A stretch of 63,437 nt of DNA, filler included, from Craspedostauros australis (taxonomy: Eukaryota), in assembly GCA_030167865.1 (NCBI GenBank). It is 12 parts of 12 records of this genome, joined end to end, with 100 filler letters (N's around TTAATTAATTAA, not from the genome) between each part and the next. Parts side by side here need not be neighbours in the genome. Positions count along the whole stretch, not along the records: positions 32,955 to 44,035 come from JALAGF010000488.1; positions 44,136 to 47,196 come from JALAGF010000490.1; 10 more parts are not named here. The stretch is one strand, 5' to 3'. Both the position numbers and the translations under genes were made by a program. This document shows positions 34,407 through 47,196 of this stretch, one piece after another; positions within the stretch are counted from its first letter, which is position 1; the number at the start of each line of letters is the position of its first letter. Below the pieces are notes generated by a model. That model saw nothing but the letters and a program-made list of their open reading frames with translations, ran no database searches and was not told where the DNA came from.

Positions 34407-34474
34407 CACACACACAGATACAGACACACACACACAGATACAGACACACACACACACACACACTCTCTCTCTCT
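34407..34474. repeat. Compound (CA)n/(CT)n microsatellite
   Basis: Visible CACACA...GATACAGA...CTCTCT tract. Confidence 0.9.
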
Positions 34475-34668
34475 TGAGAATAGTATTCTACCATGTCAGA
34501 CTATGATGATCGCATCCGTGCCTCAGACGTTTGCGTGAATTGGAAGAGGAAACTTTGTTGTACCAAAACACTGGTCTGGAGTATTATGTAATGTAATAGT
34601 TGATATTCTACTCTCAGATCAACGTGGTGCTGTTCTAACGTTGTGTGTTATGTATGCGCGCGTCAATG

Positions 34669-35739
34669 TCATGCCGCGACTGCGTTTGGTGACACAATGC
34701 TGATGTTCGCCACGCGGTCAGGCAAGGGAAACAAGTCAAAGTCAACCTCGGGGGAGGAGGGCTTGTCCCAAGCTTCTGCGAAGCTGGCGCATGAAGTGTC
34801 TAGCGTTGCGATGGAGATCTCGAACGATCCGAAGGAGTCGCCCAATACGTTGGCGTCATCTTCGAAGTTGGTACCACTGTCGGAGCGACCCTCCAGTCGG
34901 GGTGGGTACATGGGTGGAAGGGTGTGGGTGGAGTGCTGCGATGACCCCATCCATCGGCAGAGCGAGATCGAGGCATCGTCGTCGCCATCGGCAGGATCTT
35001 CGCTGTGCTCGTCCTTCTCTTCCTCTTCTTCTTCTGGGATTGTGTCGGTCTCCAACCGAAGGGCTTCGAATGAGTGCATCATGCCAATAGATCTGGACGA
35101 TCGTCTCTTCGACTTCGGAGTGGAGGATTTGAAACCGGCCCTGCTCTTGCTGCCTGTCCTGTCGAGGTCGTTGCCGTTGAGGATGTCGAGGATCAGATCG
35201 AAGTTGGGAGACCCAGTTGCTTGTGAACGCATCGATGAAGTTGTTGCGCTCTCGTGGGCGAATGGCTGGTTCCTCATGTCTTCGATGTTCGAGGCGGATG
35301 CCGATAACCGGCGGGGCAGCTTTGGCAGCGCTTGCGATGCACATTCATCCCTTTGGAGGGCGGGCGCCGACTTGTGCTTTCGCTGCAAACCGGCATCAGC
35401 ATGCACAGTGGTGCAGTCGATGCATGGCTTGGATGCAGATCGGACGCGATGGGGGTTGTCCTCGAAGAAGCGCACCATGTTGTTCTTTTGGATGGTGGCA
35501 CTCTTGTGAGGGACGATGCCTGTGGCGATGTCGGCAACCAACCGGACGTTTGATGCGTCCATCGATTTGCCGAGGTTGGAGAAGAAGTTGTCGTCTGCAC
35601 ATGAAGCGCTGATGGACGACGACGACGACGATGATGATGATAGCGATGACAAGTTGGGCTGGCTGGAAGAGCAGGGCATGGCGCTCTCGTGCAGCGCTGG
35701 GAATGTGCGTTGCTCTTGTTGTTGTTGGTAGATGTTCAT
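34669..35739 (-). CDS. Ser-rich, largely disordered hypothetical protein (356 aa)
   Basis: ATG-started ORF with poly-S and poly-E runs and short P..P.R motifs (LPKLPRR, PPMYPPR), preceded by a CAA-rich leader like other genes in the window. Confidence 0.65.
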   Translation of the reverse strand: MNIYQQQQEQRTFPALHESAMPCSSSQPNLSSLSSSSSSSSSISASCADDNFFSNLGKSMDASNVRLVADIATGIVPHKSATIQKNNMVRFFEDNPHRVRSASKPCIDCTTVHADAGLQRKHKSAPALQRDECASQALPKLPRRLSASASNIEDMRNQPFAHESATTSSMRSQATGSPNFDLILDILNGNDLDRTGSKSRAGFKSSTPKSKRRSSRSIGMMHSFEALRLETDTIPEEEEEEKDEHSEDPADGDDDASISLCRWMGSSQHSTHTLPPMYPPRLEGRSDSGTNFEDDANVLGDSFGSFEISIATLDTSCASFAEAWDKPSSPEVDFDLFPLPDRVANISIVSPNAVAA

Positions 35740-38700
35740 TGTGATTGTTGATGCTGGTTGTTGTTGTCGATTGTTGTTTTTATGGTGGGTTTGGATGGGA
35801 TGGTTGGGATGGTGGTGTTTCCTATGTTCCGTTTGGTTCGTTGTTGTTGTGTGTATCGATCGTACCTGTGAGAATTGTGCCCAATGTACGAGTAAAATTT
35901 ATGTGTGGATGGAGACGTGGAGCGCGACGCAGCAGAGATGTGCCTTTCCCCCTTGCATCGTTGGTCATGCGCATGGGAAGAGAGGCGAAGAGAAGAGATG
36001 CTGACGGGCGCATTGGCCCGAACGCCAGCACACCCACAGAAGGGCACAACTATTCCTCCTGGGCACTCCACCATTCCACTGACGAACATGGGTGCGCCGA
36101 AGAAGTTCTCTTCCGCGGCGAAACACTTGTCGCTGCACTTCGTGGTCATGGTGGCGCCGCTTTTCGTCGCGAGAGGAAATCAGGAAGCACCCCGCTTGGC
36201 GTGCGCACCAGTGAAATGACTGGCACAGCATGCAGCCTCCACACCATTCACGAAAGACAAACCCAAATTACACCACGATTCACGCGCTCACACGTTTACA
36301 TTCCCGTGTACTTTTGTGGACGGAACCTAAAATGTGAACGACACACGTGGAACGAAGCCGGCAAAACTCCGAAGGGGGAGTGTCGCCGAAACTCGGCTAC
36401 AAGAAAATAACAACTATGACCGCAATCGAGGCCAACGCATAAATGATAGGCGCCCATTGTTTGGTTGCATGGCTTTTTGCCAGGCTTCCGAACCGCTGTG
36501 CCGCAAGGCTAATAGAAGACATTTCACGCACAAAGAAGAATCGCCACCTGTGAGAAATAAAATTTGTGGTGTGGACTCGGCTTCTTCGCTGGCGAGGGCC
36601 AACGCGGAATACGGCGCTGTTTTTATCCGTAGCCGCTTCAGCAACGTGACGCCAACTTCGCCCACGCAACTTCGGTTGATTTGGCCCTCCTCACATTTTG
36701 AGTTCCTCGGGCTTGTGTGTGCCTGCTCTTGGGCTTGTGTTTGTGTCCTCCGTTAGACGTCACAGTGCATCATCAGCAACCGACACAGCAGCCAGAGAGA
36801 TGGAGAGGTGTCGGAAACTTTCCGTAAATGCTGCAAAAGAGGGCTTGTGTTCACAATAATGAATGAAGTGTGGCTTCGCGAAATTGCAAACGATCCCACA
36901 GCACCAAGAGCATAGAAATTGCATTTTCATACAAATGCTGCCCCTATTTCTCTGGTATACATGCACACTTGGCGAACCATCGCTCGCAGGAGCCGATTGG
37001 TCTCCAGAACACTTCATTCATCACTGCTCAAAGTCCCATGGTCCCACTCGTCCGAACAACTGAGCTCGAGATGTGGTATTGGCTGCGCCCCAAGTCGCAG
37101 TGTGGGCTATTCGGGCTCCACTGATGCATTGTACCATTGTTCCACAAATACTTCAAGAGTTGGTCCATGAGGTTATCAGATCCTCGATCATCGCAACCTT
37201 GCGTGCCATGTTTCGCAAGAAAAGATGGTGTCGATCTCATGCCATCATACATCTGACCAATCGACAGACAACGCAAGCAAGAGAATTCTGTTGGTGTGGT
37301 GCTACCAGAGAGAGAGAGGATGAGGGATCACACAGACTGTCCCAATACCGAACCGAAAGCCCAGAGATCTCTTGTCACTGTACCAACCGCACACACGGAC
37401 CATACACACATGCATACACACATGCATACCCGTATCTGCATGTATCTGCACGTATCCTTCGTAGCGCATGACATCGGGATGGAGCAGCCAAGACCCTCCC
37501 GCAACAACGCAGCTGGCCTCCTTCTCGAAGAGCCCACCGCGAGGATGCCTGCCTTCGATGCGAGGATGATGTTGGACTCCACTGGCCGAAGTTTTCCTAT
37601 CTCCTTTCCTCGCCAATCTCCGTTTGCCCTGCCCTGCCATCCCTTCCGTCTCCTCATACCTCCCACGCAGAGAGATGCGAGCATGTACGAGCAGGTATGG
37701 CACAGGCATCCAGCTCTCTGTTTATTACAATACATCATTCGAATGATGGGTGGACAATACATCATTCGAAACGAAGGCCAACAGAGCTCTCTCTGGAGAA
37801 GATGTCGCTCTCGATCGAACCCAAGGTAATACAATCGCGAAGTTTAAGGCGCAGAAGTATTTTGTGGAGAAACTTCCACATTGCAGAAAGTGCAACATGA
37901 TTGCTCGTAGTGGCCCGTAGTATTCGTTCGTATCCATGGTGTTACAACCCCGCCAAAGTGAACACAGAAAGGAGCGCTTGGATTGTTCCGACATTCCGTT
38001 GTCTCCAAGACGTCATGCTGTGATACAGTTGCTCTTACGTACTCCAAGCTCGTCGTATCCGTTGCCAGGTCGACGCATAAACTGTCAGAAGGTAGTATTA
38101 GAAGGAATGCGCAATCTCTTCAGGCATGCTCATGGAACCGCAACGTTGCTCTTCCTCATCGAGGGAGGGGTTATCCTTTTGCGACGATGAGAGCGCAAGC
38201 AGAAAATAGTGGCGATGCTACAGTCGCAGATGTACGACTATGCGGGAAGTATCGTATGGTACGACATCGCAGAACACAATACTCGTACGATACTGACAGA
38301 TTCGAGGGCATGTCGAAGGCGGACGCAGTTGTGCGTATCTCGGATGATTACTTGCGGCACTGGAGGATTGGATTCAAGGCCGAATGGACTTCCAATTCTC
38401 TTCCTCTCTTGCATTTCCCAATTCCAATCTCTCCGCCTTCCACGCCTCTGCGAACTTCAAATTAACACCTGTCCACGATGGAGACTTTTCTATCCCCTCG
38501 AGCTATTGGCGCAACACCATCGCGTTCGATGGTCAGTTGCTTTCCACTCACAGGAATGTACGGCGCCAGATCCATCGTGCTCGTCGGCAGGCATACCTCC
38601 GTCCGCTCATCCATGCTTGCCGAAATGCTGGAGGGATGCAGCGCACTGCATCATAATGCAACGCAAATGCAAATTCAGCATATCGCAATCCAATTCCACC

Positions 38701-38756
38701 CTTCCATCGATCGCAAGCTGATCCATTCGCACGCTGCGTTCGATTAACCAGAGGTC

Positions 38757-40280
38757 TCATTCCTCTTCCTCCCATTTGACGTAATCGTGGAGCTCCGGAA
38801 GTGCTCGCGCATCCTCCTCAAACCGCTTCTTGGTTGCCGTTCGGCATTGATCCCGCATCGACGCATCGATACCATAGTTCTCGAGCAACACGTTGAACTC
38901 ATGCGCCGCGACGTGGTAAAAGATGTAATCTTCCCAAAACCAAGCGATCGCCTTCTTGCGCCACACGGCGCGATCGATATCGGTGCCTGCCCCACCCGGC
39001 TGCCGCTGAATCCACCGCCGTTCTTGCGAGTCGCCTGCCGTCTCTGCGTCCAGCACGTACTGCGGATACACGGTCTGCATCAGCGCGATCGACGCGTCGT
39101 AGCACTCGGCGAGCAGCGGGGTGATCGGTGGCATGCCGACCATCGTCTTCTCCTTGTTGAGGTAGTACCGCTGGATCATGGACAGCGTGACATTGAGCTG
39201 ATCCGGACTGCCGACCATCGTGAGCTGGTACGGGGCCACTCGAGAGTGCAGAAGGTACTTTTCATTCTGACTCGCCATCGTCTGCAACCATCCCGTCATG
39301 TCTCCGGCTTCGATGCGCGCGTTTTCCGGTGGCGTCGATTCGGAGCTCCAAGCGGGGTAGACCTGGTTGGCGTAGTGAAAGTAGGAGACGAGGCGCTCGA
39401 AGGGATCGCGCAGGATCGTGAAGAACTGCAGCGTGTACCGGTGATTGTTGGTGTTGCGCACGTCGTAATTCTGCGAGTACCCTCGCGTCAATTCAATCCA
39501 GTCCTCCACCGTCTTGTCCACGTTGATGTTCAGGCAGCTGCCGCCCTTGAACGTGCTGGAGGGATAGTGCGAACCGATGAGATCCTTCGGAATGAAGAGG
39601 CACTTGTTGCGGTTCATCAGCTTTTTGTTGGTCCGCGCGTACTTGTCGTTGAGATGCTCGATGGTGCCATCCTTGCTGTGCGGCAGCGTCATCCAATCCA
39701 ACAGCGACGTGCTGCCCGTCTTGGGAATGCGGACCATCGTCAGCAGCTCATGGTGCTGCACCTTTATCGGCTTTCCCTCCTTATCGACGGTGCCCATGCT
39801 CGACGCGTATTTCGCCGCATCCTTCATGGGATAGAAGTCGCAGTAGCCGTCCATCCCCGCGGCAGCCTGTTCCGCCGTGACCGCGTCGAGCCAGTATGGG
39901 TACCAGCCTTGTTGGGGCGAGTACTCGATGGAGCATTGGTACGGAATGAGGTTGAACCCGCCGAAGGTCTCCGTGTGCGTTTGGCCAGGAGATTGGGCCT
40001 GCGCCATGAGGTCCACTGCTTCGCTGACGCGCGCATCTCCGACGCCGAACCGCTGTGCCTGGTGCTTCTTCAGCGCCTTGGGCATGAAGTACAGAATCTC
40101 CAGGGCCGTGAATACCACGAGCATCATGAGCATCGCAAACCCAGCGAAGTGGAATCTCGTCCTGCGCTTCTTTGCGAGTGCCTTCCTCGTCGACGCGGAA
40201 ATCGGCTTGACGGTCTTCTTCCTCCTCGTCTTGCCCAACGTCCGGTCGTGAAGCTTGCTGCCTCCGCGTGATCGGACCAT
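38757..40280 (-). CDS. Golgi-type (type II membrane) sulfotransferase
   Basis: Basic N-terminus + TM, PAPS-binding 5'-PSB motif RIPKTGSTS and 3'-PB motif ILRDPFERLVSYFHY. Confidence 0.88.
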   Translation of the reverse strand: MVRSRGGSKLHDRTLGKTRRKKTVKPISASTRKALAKKRRTRFHFAGFAMLMMLVVFTALEILYFMPKALKKHQAQRFGVGDARVSEAVDLMAQAQSPGQTHTETFGGFNLIPYQCSIEYSPQQGWYPYWLDAVTAEQAAAGMDGYCDFYPMKDAAKYASSMGTVDKEGKPIKVQHHELLTMVRIPKTGSTSLLDWMTLPHSKDGTIEHLNDKYARTNKKLMNRNKCLFIPKDLIGSHYPSSTFKGGSCLNINVDKTVEDWIELTRGYSQNYDVRNTNNHRYTLQFFTILRDPFERLVSYFHYANQVYPAWSSESTPPENARIEAGDMTGWLQTMASQNEKYLLHSRVAPYQLTMVGSPDQLNVTLSMIQRYYLNKEKTMVGMPPITPLLAECYDASIALMQTVYPQYVLDAETAGDSQERRWIQRQPGGAGTDIDRAVWRKKAIAWFWEDYIFYHVAAHEFNVLLENYGIDASMRDQCRTATKKRFEEDARALPELHDYVKWEEEE

Positions 40281-40908
40281 CGCTCTGCTCTCTATTGGTC
40301 TGTTGGTCTATCGGCCTGTTGGTCTATGGGTATTCCACGATACTAATCTATAACTCCATGCAATACTCGTCGAGGCATCCGTTGATGCAATAGATCACTC
40401 TACTCTATAACGTTATGCTATATTATATTCTCTGGAGTAGCCGATGTTGCCATCCATTGCAGAGAGTAACCACCATGGAGAAAGACGGCGAGGCATTCAT
40501 CACAACTCATTTGCAGACGAAGAACTGTTTTCCACGAAAGTGAAGAGATGACCGTCAACAGCTGCGTTTCTTCGCTGTTCAAGAAGTGACATTGAAATGA
40601 CACAAAAGATACAATGTGTCGTTCCGCAACGCATGACTGACCTCCAAGTCTCACATCGAATGTAGAGCGAAGCTCAACAATGCCAACCGAATGTACGCAC
40701 GTACGGTCTCTATAGCTGTTCGTAGATCGTGCTCCATGCGAGAGCCATGACGACTATTGTGCTAGAGTAATCGTAGATTATGGTGCTGAATTGCGTCGTA
40801 AGCAGAGTACTATGTGTACTTGTGAACCGCAACCATCCATGCGCATCATCTTGATGTTGCGCATAATCTTGATCTCGCAGGTGCAGACAATTACCGTACA
40901 AACTGATC

Positions 40909-42260
40909 CTAATCTTGCTTCTCCGACTGCCTTGCGGCGCTGTCTGTGGAACCATACGACGACGTGGACTTGGCGTCCTCCGCGTTGGCAAAGCCCGGTT
41001 TGTTGGTCTTGCCCGTCGCCTGCATGTTCTGGATGATGCGCCAAAAGTCGTTGAGGTAGAACAGGGAGATGAATCGGAAGAGGGACAGCAGCGCGACCTG
41101 CGTGACGGCATCGGCCAAGGAGCTGACCGGTCCCATGCCGGAGGTCAGGTTGGACAGCATCCAGCCTTCGAAGGTGAAGTACACGAGGAACGGCGGGTTG
41201 TCGGCGAACGCGGCGTTCACCATGCTGCGTGCGGTACTGTTGTTCGGCGAGGCGGGGTTGAGTCGGGTGGGGGCGTGGTGTGATGAATTGGCGTGGTGCG
41301 GGATAGCGAACATTGTGTGGGCAAAGGAATTGGAATTGTGATGGTGAGGATACTTGAACATGGCCGGAGCAGATACGCAGCCATGCGGCCTGCGACGAAA
41401 GCGAGTGTCACCATTGACACCTACAATACACTGCACTGCACAAATGCAACTTACACGTCGGGATCGGCCAACCCGGCAGCATCATTGAGCGCCTTCGTCT
41501 CCGGCGGCATCGTCTCCAACTCCAACGCGTACCCCGGCGTGTCGGTATCGGCCGGAAACGCGATCTGCACATGAACCGGCGACGTGCACAGCTCCATGTG
41601 CAATGCCTCCGCAAATCCACGCAGCGCGAACTTGGTGGGCGAGTACGCGGTGTAGCCAAACACTCCGACCTGCCCCGCCGCGCTGCTCGTGAAGACGACG
41701 CATCCGCTGCCCATGTGCGGCAGGAAGGCCCGCGTCACCTTCATGGCGCCGACCTGGTTCGTCTGCACGAGCTTGTCGTACTGCGTGCTGGCATCGACGC
41801 TCTCGAAGTACGTCGTGATGGGCACACCGGCGCAGTTGAACAGGATCGTCGCGTCGTCGCGGGAGCAGATCGATTTGGCCAGCTTGGCCAAGGCGTCGTA
41901 GTCCGACACGGAGACGGAATGATTCTCGATGGCGACCTGCTTCTTGACCTTTTCGCGGTGCTCTTCCAGCTGCTTCTGCGCCTCATCTAGCTTCGCCTTG
42001 GTGCGCGCGATGATGGTGACCTTGGAGACACCTCGGCTCACCGCCTCCTTGGCCACGCTGAGACCGATCCCGCTGGATCCGCCGGTGACGATCACGTGGT
42101 CAGGGAGCTTGGATGATGACGACGCCCTGACAGAGGCCGGCTTTCTGTAGACGAGGAACAGCAGCGCCGGGACGGACAGGATGGCGACGGCAATGCCGGA
42201 AACAACCAGCACGAGGAGCGCCGGGACGGCTAGCAATCCCCCAATGATGATGTGAAGCAT
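40909..42260 (-). CDS. KDSR: 3-ketodihydrosphingosine reductase (SDR; FVT1/TSC10); exons 42260-41455 and 41236-40909, 377 aa
   Basis: N-terminal TM, TGGSSGIG, YSPTKFALRGFAEAL and FPADTDTPGY. An in-frame GTAAGT...CAG intron leads to the EGWML..LTSGMGP C-terminus. Confidence 0.9.
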
Positions 42261-42988
42261 GGTCAGCTGCAGCGGCGGCGAAGGCAGGAACCAAGTATGG
42301 GACTTCCTTCGTTTGAGGATGCGGGGACTAGTAGGTTGGACGAGAGCAGAGAGACAATGATGAAGGGAGGGAAGGAACGTCACCTGTTGAGGATGCAGTC
42401 TTCAGAATCTTTGCTGGGTTGTTCACGAGAGCGGTGTTGTGCCCAAGAAGCGAGAAGTTTCTGTTCACCACAACCAACGCATTGGTTTTTGTGAAGCGTT
42501 CTTCAGTCCCGGATGCAAGGTCCTTCCTCATTCACGAGAGTGATGACGAATTCACAGTAACGACCAGTGCGACTCGAACGATCAAGGCCACGGACAAGCG
42601 CAGCGCGCAACACGATAGCTCCATTTCACGTGGTTTCTGTCTGTTTCGCTCACAAAATCAAACAACGATCTGCGCCATCGCGAACGGAGATCTGCACAGA
42701 GAGCAACAAACATACCCACCACCAAACATCTCCCTTTCTCTGTGCCACGAGCATGAGTACACATGCATCGAATACGCCCATGCTCAACCAACGCATTACA
42801 AGTAATCGGAGTAAGGCTGCACAGTATCCTATTGTACTCGTACTATCTCAATCATCGGTGCACTCCGCCTTTCCTTGCAAACTGTCAAGAGGAACCTTCG
42901 TCGCTTTGACGAGTATGGCCAGTCCGCTGTCACTTCCGATGCTCTGGCAGAAGCGCTTTGATCTATCCCAGGCAGCATCTCGTCTTTG

Positions 42989-44035
42989 CTAGTTCTTCTC
43001 GTGGGCAATGGAATCTTTCTCAAGTTGGACGAGCCGATCCGCTCTCTTGTCGTCCCATGCCCGCTTCAACATGTCACTGCCCTGCAACAGAAGATGGAAA
43101 GTCTCGTTCGTGGGATCCATTGTACCCATTAGACCCACTGTATCCATTCTACCCCGACGTTTGTTTGTTCTCATCAGTATCTCCCCAAACAGGGCCAGTG
43201 GCCGCGACCATGTTGGAAGGGAACACAGCACTGCTCTCACCTTGCTGCGATGATTTCGCCGCAAGATACGTTTAACAAGCGCATCGTACCAATGGGCATG
43301 TTCGCCAGGCGGGCGTGGTCGAATGTCGAGATAGGTGAGTTGGGTAGTCTGCTCCAAGGCTTGCTGAAGTGCTTCCATCTGTGCTGGGAGGATCTCAGGC
43401 GGAACCCCAACCATGCCAAGATCCCAGAACTCCTGGTATGTGAGAGATGACAAGCTCTTGTTTCCCAGGAGTGATACCAAAATGGCGAACCAGGTATCCT
43501 GCTCTTGTCGCGATAACCCGTTCCAAATACCAGAAACCTCTAGGCTCTTCAGGTGCGATGCATCTGAAAGGAGTTGGATGATCTGGTCGATTTCTTGTCG
43601 TGAGTAGGTTCGTTGCCGGTTGTAGTCCCCAAAGAAACTGATTCCGAGCTTGTTGATGTGCTTGTTTGACTGGAATAGCGTTGCCAAGCTATCGCGAGTG
43701 ATAAGGGTGATTTTAAAGGATACTTCGGTGACGCTGCAATTGTTTGGAGACAGCCATCTGCACAAATCAGCGCCCCCATTGGCGAGCTTACAGCATTCAA
43801 ACTTAACGTATTTCGGGTTTTGGGAGATGTTGAACATGAGTTTGTCGCAATCAACAAGATCACAATGCAACAATTTTACACGATGTGTCACAAGAGGGAT
43901 GTCGTGGAGCTGTTTCATCTTCGGAAAGGGTGGACTCAAGCAGATGCCTCCGTCGAATGAAGATTTGAGTGGATGTTTAGCAGCCAATCGAAGTACGAAG
44001 CGAATTGCTTGCTTGTCTTCTTCTCCGAATTGGTC
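42989..44035 (-). CDS. RNI-like leucine-rich repeat protein, 5'-partial
   Basis: The frame is open to the contig edge. Degenerate repeats (NKHINKLGI, SHLKSLEV, NKSLSSLT, TTQLTYLDI) precede a helical C-terminal cap. Confidence 0.65.
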   Translation of the reverse strand, partial: DQFGEEDKQAIRFVLRLAAKHPLKSSFDGGICLSPPFPKMKQLHDIPLVTHRVKLLHCDLVDCDKLMFNISQNPKYVKFECCKLANGGADLCRWLSPNNCSVTEVSFKITLITRDSLATLFQSNKHINKLGISFFGDYNRQRTYSRQEIDQIIQLLSDASHLKSLEVSGIWNGLSRQEQDTWFAILVSLLGNKSLSSLTYQEFWDLGMVGVPPEILPAQMEALQQALEQTTQLTYLDIRPRPPGEHAHWYDALVKRILRRNHRSKVRAVLCSLPTWSRPLALFGEILMRTNKRRGRMDTVGLMGTMDPTNETFHLLLQGSDMLKRAWDDKRADRLVQLEKDSIAHEKN

Positions 44036-44135
44036 NNNNNNNNNNNNNNNNNNNNNNNNNNNNNNNNNNNNNNNNNNNNTTAATTAATTAANNNNNNNNN
44101 NNNNNNNNNNNNNNNNNNNNNNNNNNNNNNNNNNN

Positions 44136-44972
44136 GGAAGGCGCATTCTGACGCACCTCCGAGACCGGTGGCGTATGGGACAGATCGGCGGAGAAGGTGG
44201 AGGCTGTGGACTGGCGCAAGTTGTCGCCACTTGAAACGGCGCCTGGTTGGCTCGGGACGGTCTGAGGCGGATCATCCATTGGCTGCAATAGTTCCTCGTC
44301 ATCCTCCTTCGTTTCAACTGAGGTGCGACTGGGCATAGCGGCCCTGCTGGGATTGGAACCCCGTTGCGACAGCCGCGTGCCTCTGGGGAATCCGAACTTG
44401 CTCCTCTCGAGGATGTCAGTGCCACCGGCGGTCCGTGTGCCAATGGATGCCTCGGTAGTCCTGAGGGACGTAGGGATAGCCCCGACCTTCTGCGACATCG
44501 TGTACGCTGCATTGGACGCATTGGACGCATTGGAAGCTTCATTGTCTTCTCTCGATGCGTCAACGCCCGGTACAGAAACGGCTCCTGGTCGCAGCGGTGG
44601 CGGAACGCCTGATGCTGATCCTGACGCTCGCGACTGCATTGAATTGCGGTGCTCCGATCCAATGGCGGAGAAGCATCCGCTGGTGATGGAGGACATGCCG
44701 CTGGGTGAGACCAGACCAGCAGCACGTTGCGCTCCAGCCCTGGCCTTCGCCTTCGCCTTGGCATCAGCGTCGGCCGTAGAGTTGGTCCTGGTCAATGGAC
44801 CGCCGCGACGTTGTTCATCTCGGTATCGGCCGATGCGGACCTCCCGACGGTGGGCTGCAGGCTTTCTGCTGTCAGCAGCACTGGCGGCGCCATCATTGTC
44901 TTCCTTCTCCATCCCGCCATTGCGTTCTTTGTCATCGGCGGGGCTCCTTGGTGGTGGCTTGCGGTCGTCCAT
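44136..44972 (-). CDS. N-terminal part of an LRR membrane protein (same sequence as 48187-49023), partial
   Basis: Identical translation MDDRKPPPRS...RQNAPS. Confidence 0.75.
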
Positions 44973-45862
44973 CACAGTGGCGTCTAACAAGTGGAGTTCA
45001 GTGGAGCGAAGTGGAGTTCTGTCCTTCGTCGTTGTTGTTGTTGCTGTTGTTGTTGTTGTGGGATGAAGAATCCTCTCATCTCAGCTGCGCCGGAGCCACA
45101 ACCAATCGCGATCCACGAAGAGTTCAAGGCACTTCGTGCAAGCTTCGTTGGTTTGTGAAGGATTTCTGAGAAATCCGTGTTCTGTGTTGTGATTTCGTCC
45201 CTGCTGCTGTGGCGCTGGTATGATCCATGTCGGCGCCAAGAGCTCCCGGCCCGAACATCACCGACACCCACAGAGGTAGTTCATACCGCGCGCAGGCTGC
45301 GCCATACATCAAAGATGTATGAGTCCGAACACGATCAGGGACGAAAAACGCCTTTCGCTGCCTTCACTCTCTCTCCCTCCCATGCGCACAAATCAGCACT
45401 CGACAGTTGTGCCCAAATGGAAAAGAGGCAGCGGCAATGATCATGAACATGTGAGACGCTGTTGGTATCTCATCAAAGGCAGTGAGTACCACTTTGTATA
45501 AATGTACAAAAGTCGTGATACTATTCGCCATGGAAACAACATTTCGAGATACCCTTGTTGGGATTCTTGACGATCGAATTAATCGGACATTGTTCGACTC
45601 GTTCTGATACCCGGTCAATGAGTGTTCGTGAATGTGCCAGACGTAGTGTATCATTCCAATCAAGATCAGGCATGTGCTAACCTCAACACGGGAATGATGG
45701 GGAGGGTCAGATTCACTCAGGTAGACTCATATGTACATCATCAGCAAGGGTGCATGTGCAGCAAAAAAGGTGATACATTGGTCGCCATTCCTGGATACAC
45801 CTCATTGCAAGAACCCAGTACGAAGCTGCCTCTGCATGGAGGACACATAATGTCGCCACTCG
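44136..45862. repeat. 1727-bp reverse-complement duplicate of 47297-49023 (contig overlap or recent duplication)
   Basis: The ORF track gives identical translations on opposite strands, and both ends coincide with contig edges. Confidence 0.92.
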
Positions 45863-46236
45863 TACCGTAAATTCCGCCCTCACGAACTCGTGTTCCTCGC
45901 TCCTTTTCTCGTCTTGACGGCAAATTGCACTGATGAAAGTTGGCGTAGTGCTGTCCTCTCCCTACTCGTATCCTTTGCGAGCACTGGCAACGCACACCAG
46001 TACATTCCAACAAGCGCACTAGTCTATGATTCTCGTCAATAATGATATGTGGATTAGGTCGCAGTAGTGTGAAGGGTGTTGGTGGATCGAAAACGTCGAA
46101 ACAACGGCACTTCTCAACACGTAAGTCCTTCCATTTGCAATGCAACGCCACAGAGCAAAGTGGTACGAATGGATCATGTGCTGCCCGCCGCACCATGGCC
46201 AGATGCATCATTGGCGATCCAAGGGACGAATTGTGG

Positions 46237-47196
46237 TCACACAGGCAAGCAATCGTCGATCCGATCACAACACTGCGTGCAGCATGCGCACTCGGTCTCT
46301 GGAGGGTGACTGATGTCTGCAAGTTCCCTGCAATCCGAAGAAAACGAAATGAATTCGGCCGATCCATCGCAGAATACCTCGCTGAGATTGCCGGTGATTG
46401 GGTTCGTCTTCAATTCCAGTTCGACCAAGTTCGTCAGGTTCCGCCATTGGAACGGGACCTCTCCCTCAAGCTTGTTGGCGTGGAGATCGATGGAAGTGAG
46501 CTGGGATAGCTCGCCAATCTCGGATGGCGACGGTCCTGTGATCTTGTTGCCCTGCAAAGAAAGCTCCACCAACAATGACAAGCGCCCGAGCTCTGACGGA
46601 ATCCCCTCCTTGATGTGGTTGAAACTGAGATCAAGAATCACGAGACTTGAAAGGTCTCCGTATTCTGTCGGGATCGTGCTGGTGATTGCGTTCGAGGAGA
46701 AGTTGATCTCCTCAAGCAGAGACAGTTTTCCAATTTCGGTGGGAAAATGCCCGAAGATGTAATTGTTAGAGACTTCCAAAATGGTCAGGTGTTCCAGAAG
46801 AGCGATCTCCGAGGGGAACGGATCAGCGTTCACGCCAACCGCCGAAAGCATGACGGAAGTGACGAACCCTTCGTCGTTGCACCTCACACCCTTGTCGTTG
46901 TCCCACCATTCACAAGCGGACGAAGCTGATAGAAACGGCGCGGTCGTATTCCAAAGATCGCTGCTAGCTGTGGCATAGTAGAGCACAGCCAGAGCGTATC
47001 GCTCCACGACCACCTCATGCGCCGTGTTGGCGAGATCCAGATCTGAGCTGTCGACGTTCCCCAACCAGTAGAGAGCACGGTATTGCGGGCTTTCGAAGTC
47101 ATGGAATACGGAAGGATCTGTAGTTATCGGCTCGCCCTGTAGGGATGGTTCCAAGATGGTACGTATATCGCCCATCTTTCCGAAACTCAATATGGG
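46237..47196 (-). CDS. Plant-type LRR (receptor-like) protein ectodomain, 5'-partial
   Basis: SPQYRALYWL..ERYALAVLYYAT..W..CEW..GVRC cap, repeated LxxLxLxxNxIxGxIPSExGxL units and a C-terminal DC..CACCTQCC Cys cluster. Confidence 0.9.
   Translation of the reverse strand, partial: PILSFGKMGDIRTILEPSLQGEPITTDPSVFHDFESPQYRALYWLGNVDSSDLDLANTAHEVVVERYALAVLYYATASSDLWNTTAPFLSASSACEWWDNDKGVRCNDEGFVTSVMLSAVGVNADPFPSEIALLEHLTILEVSNNYIFGHFPTEIGKLSLLEEINFSSNAITSTIPTEYGDLSSLVILDLSFNHIKEGIPSELGRLSLLVELSLQGNKITGPSPSEIGELSQLTSIDLHANKLEGEVPFQWRNLTNLVELELKTNPITGNLSEVFCDGSAEFISFSSDCRELADISHPPETECACCTQCCDRIDDCLPV

Noticed and set aside
37300..38750. Possible decayed gene with a 17-bp direct repeat (ACAATACATCATTCGAA)
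   Set aside because: Fragmented ORFs with no recognisable motif.
38787..40271. 494-aa plus-strand ORF (and similar antisense ORFs such as 34643-35509, 25794-26396 and 4143-4940)
   Set aside because: Antisense shadows of GC-rich real genes, with no motifs of their own.
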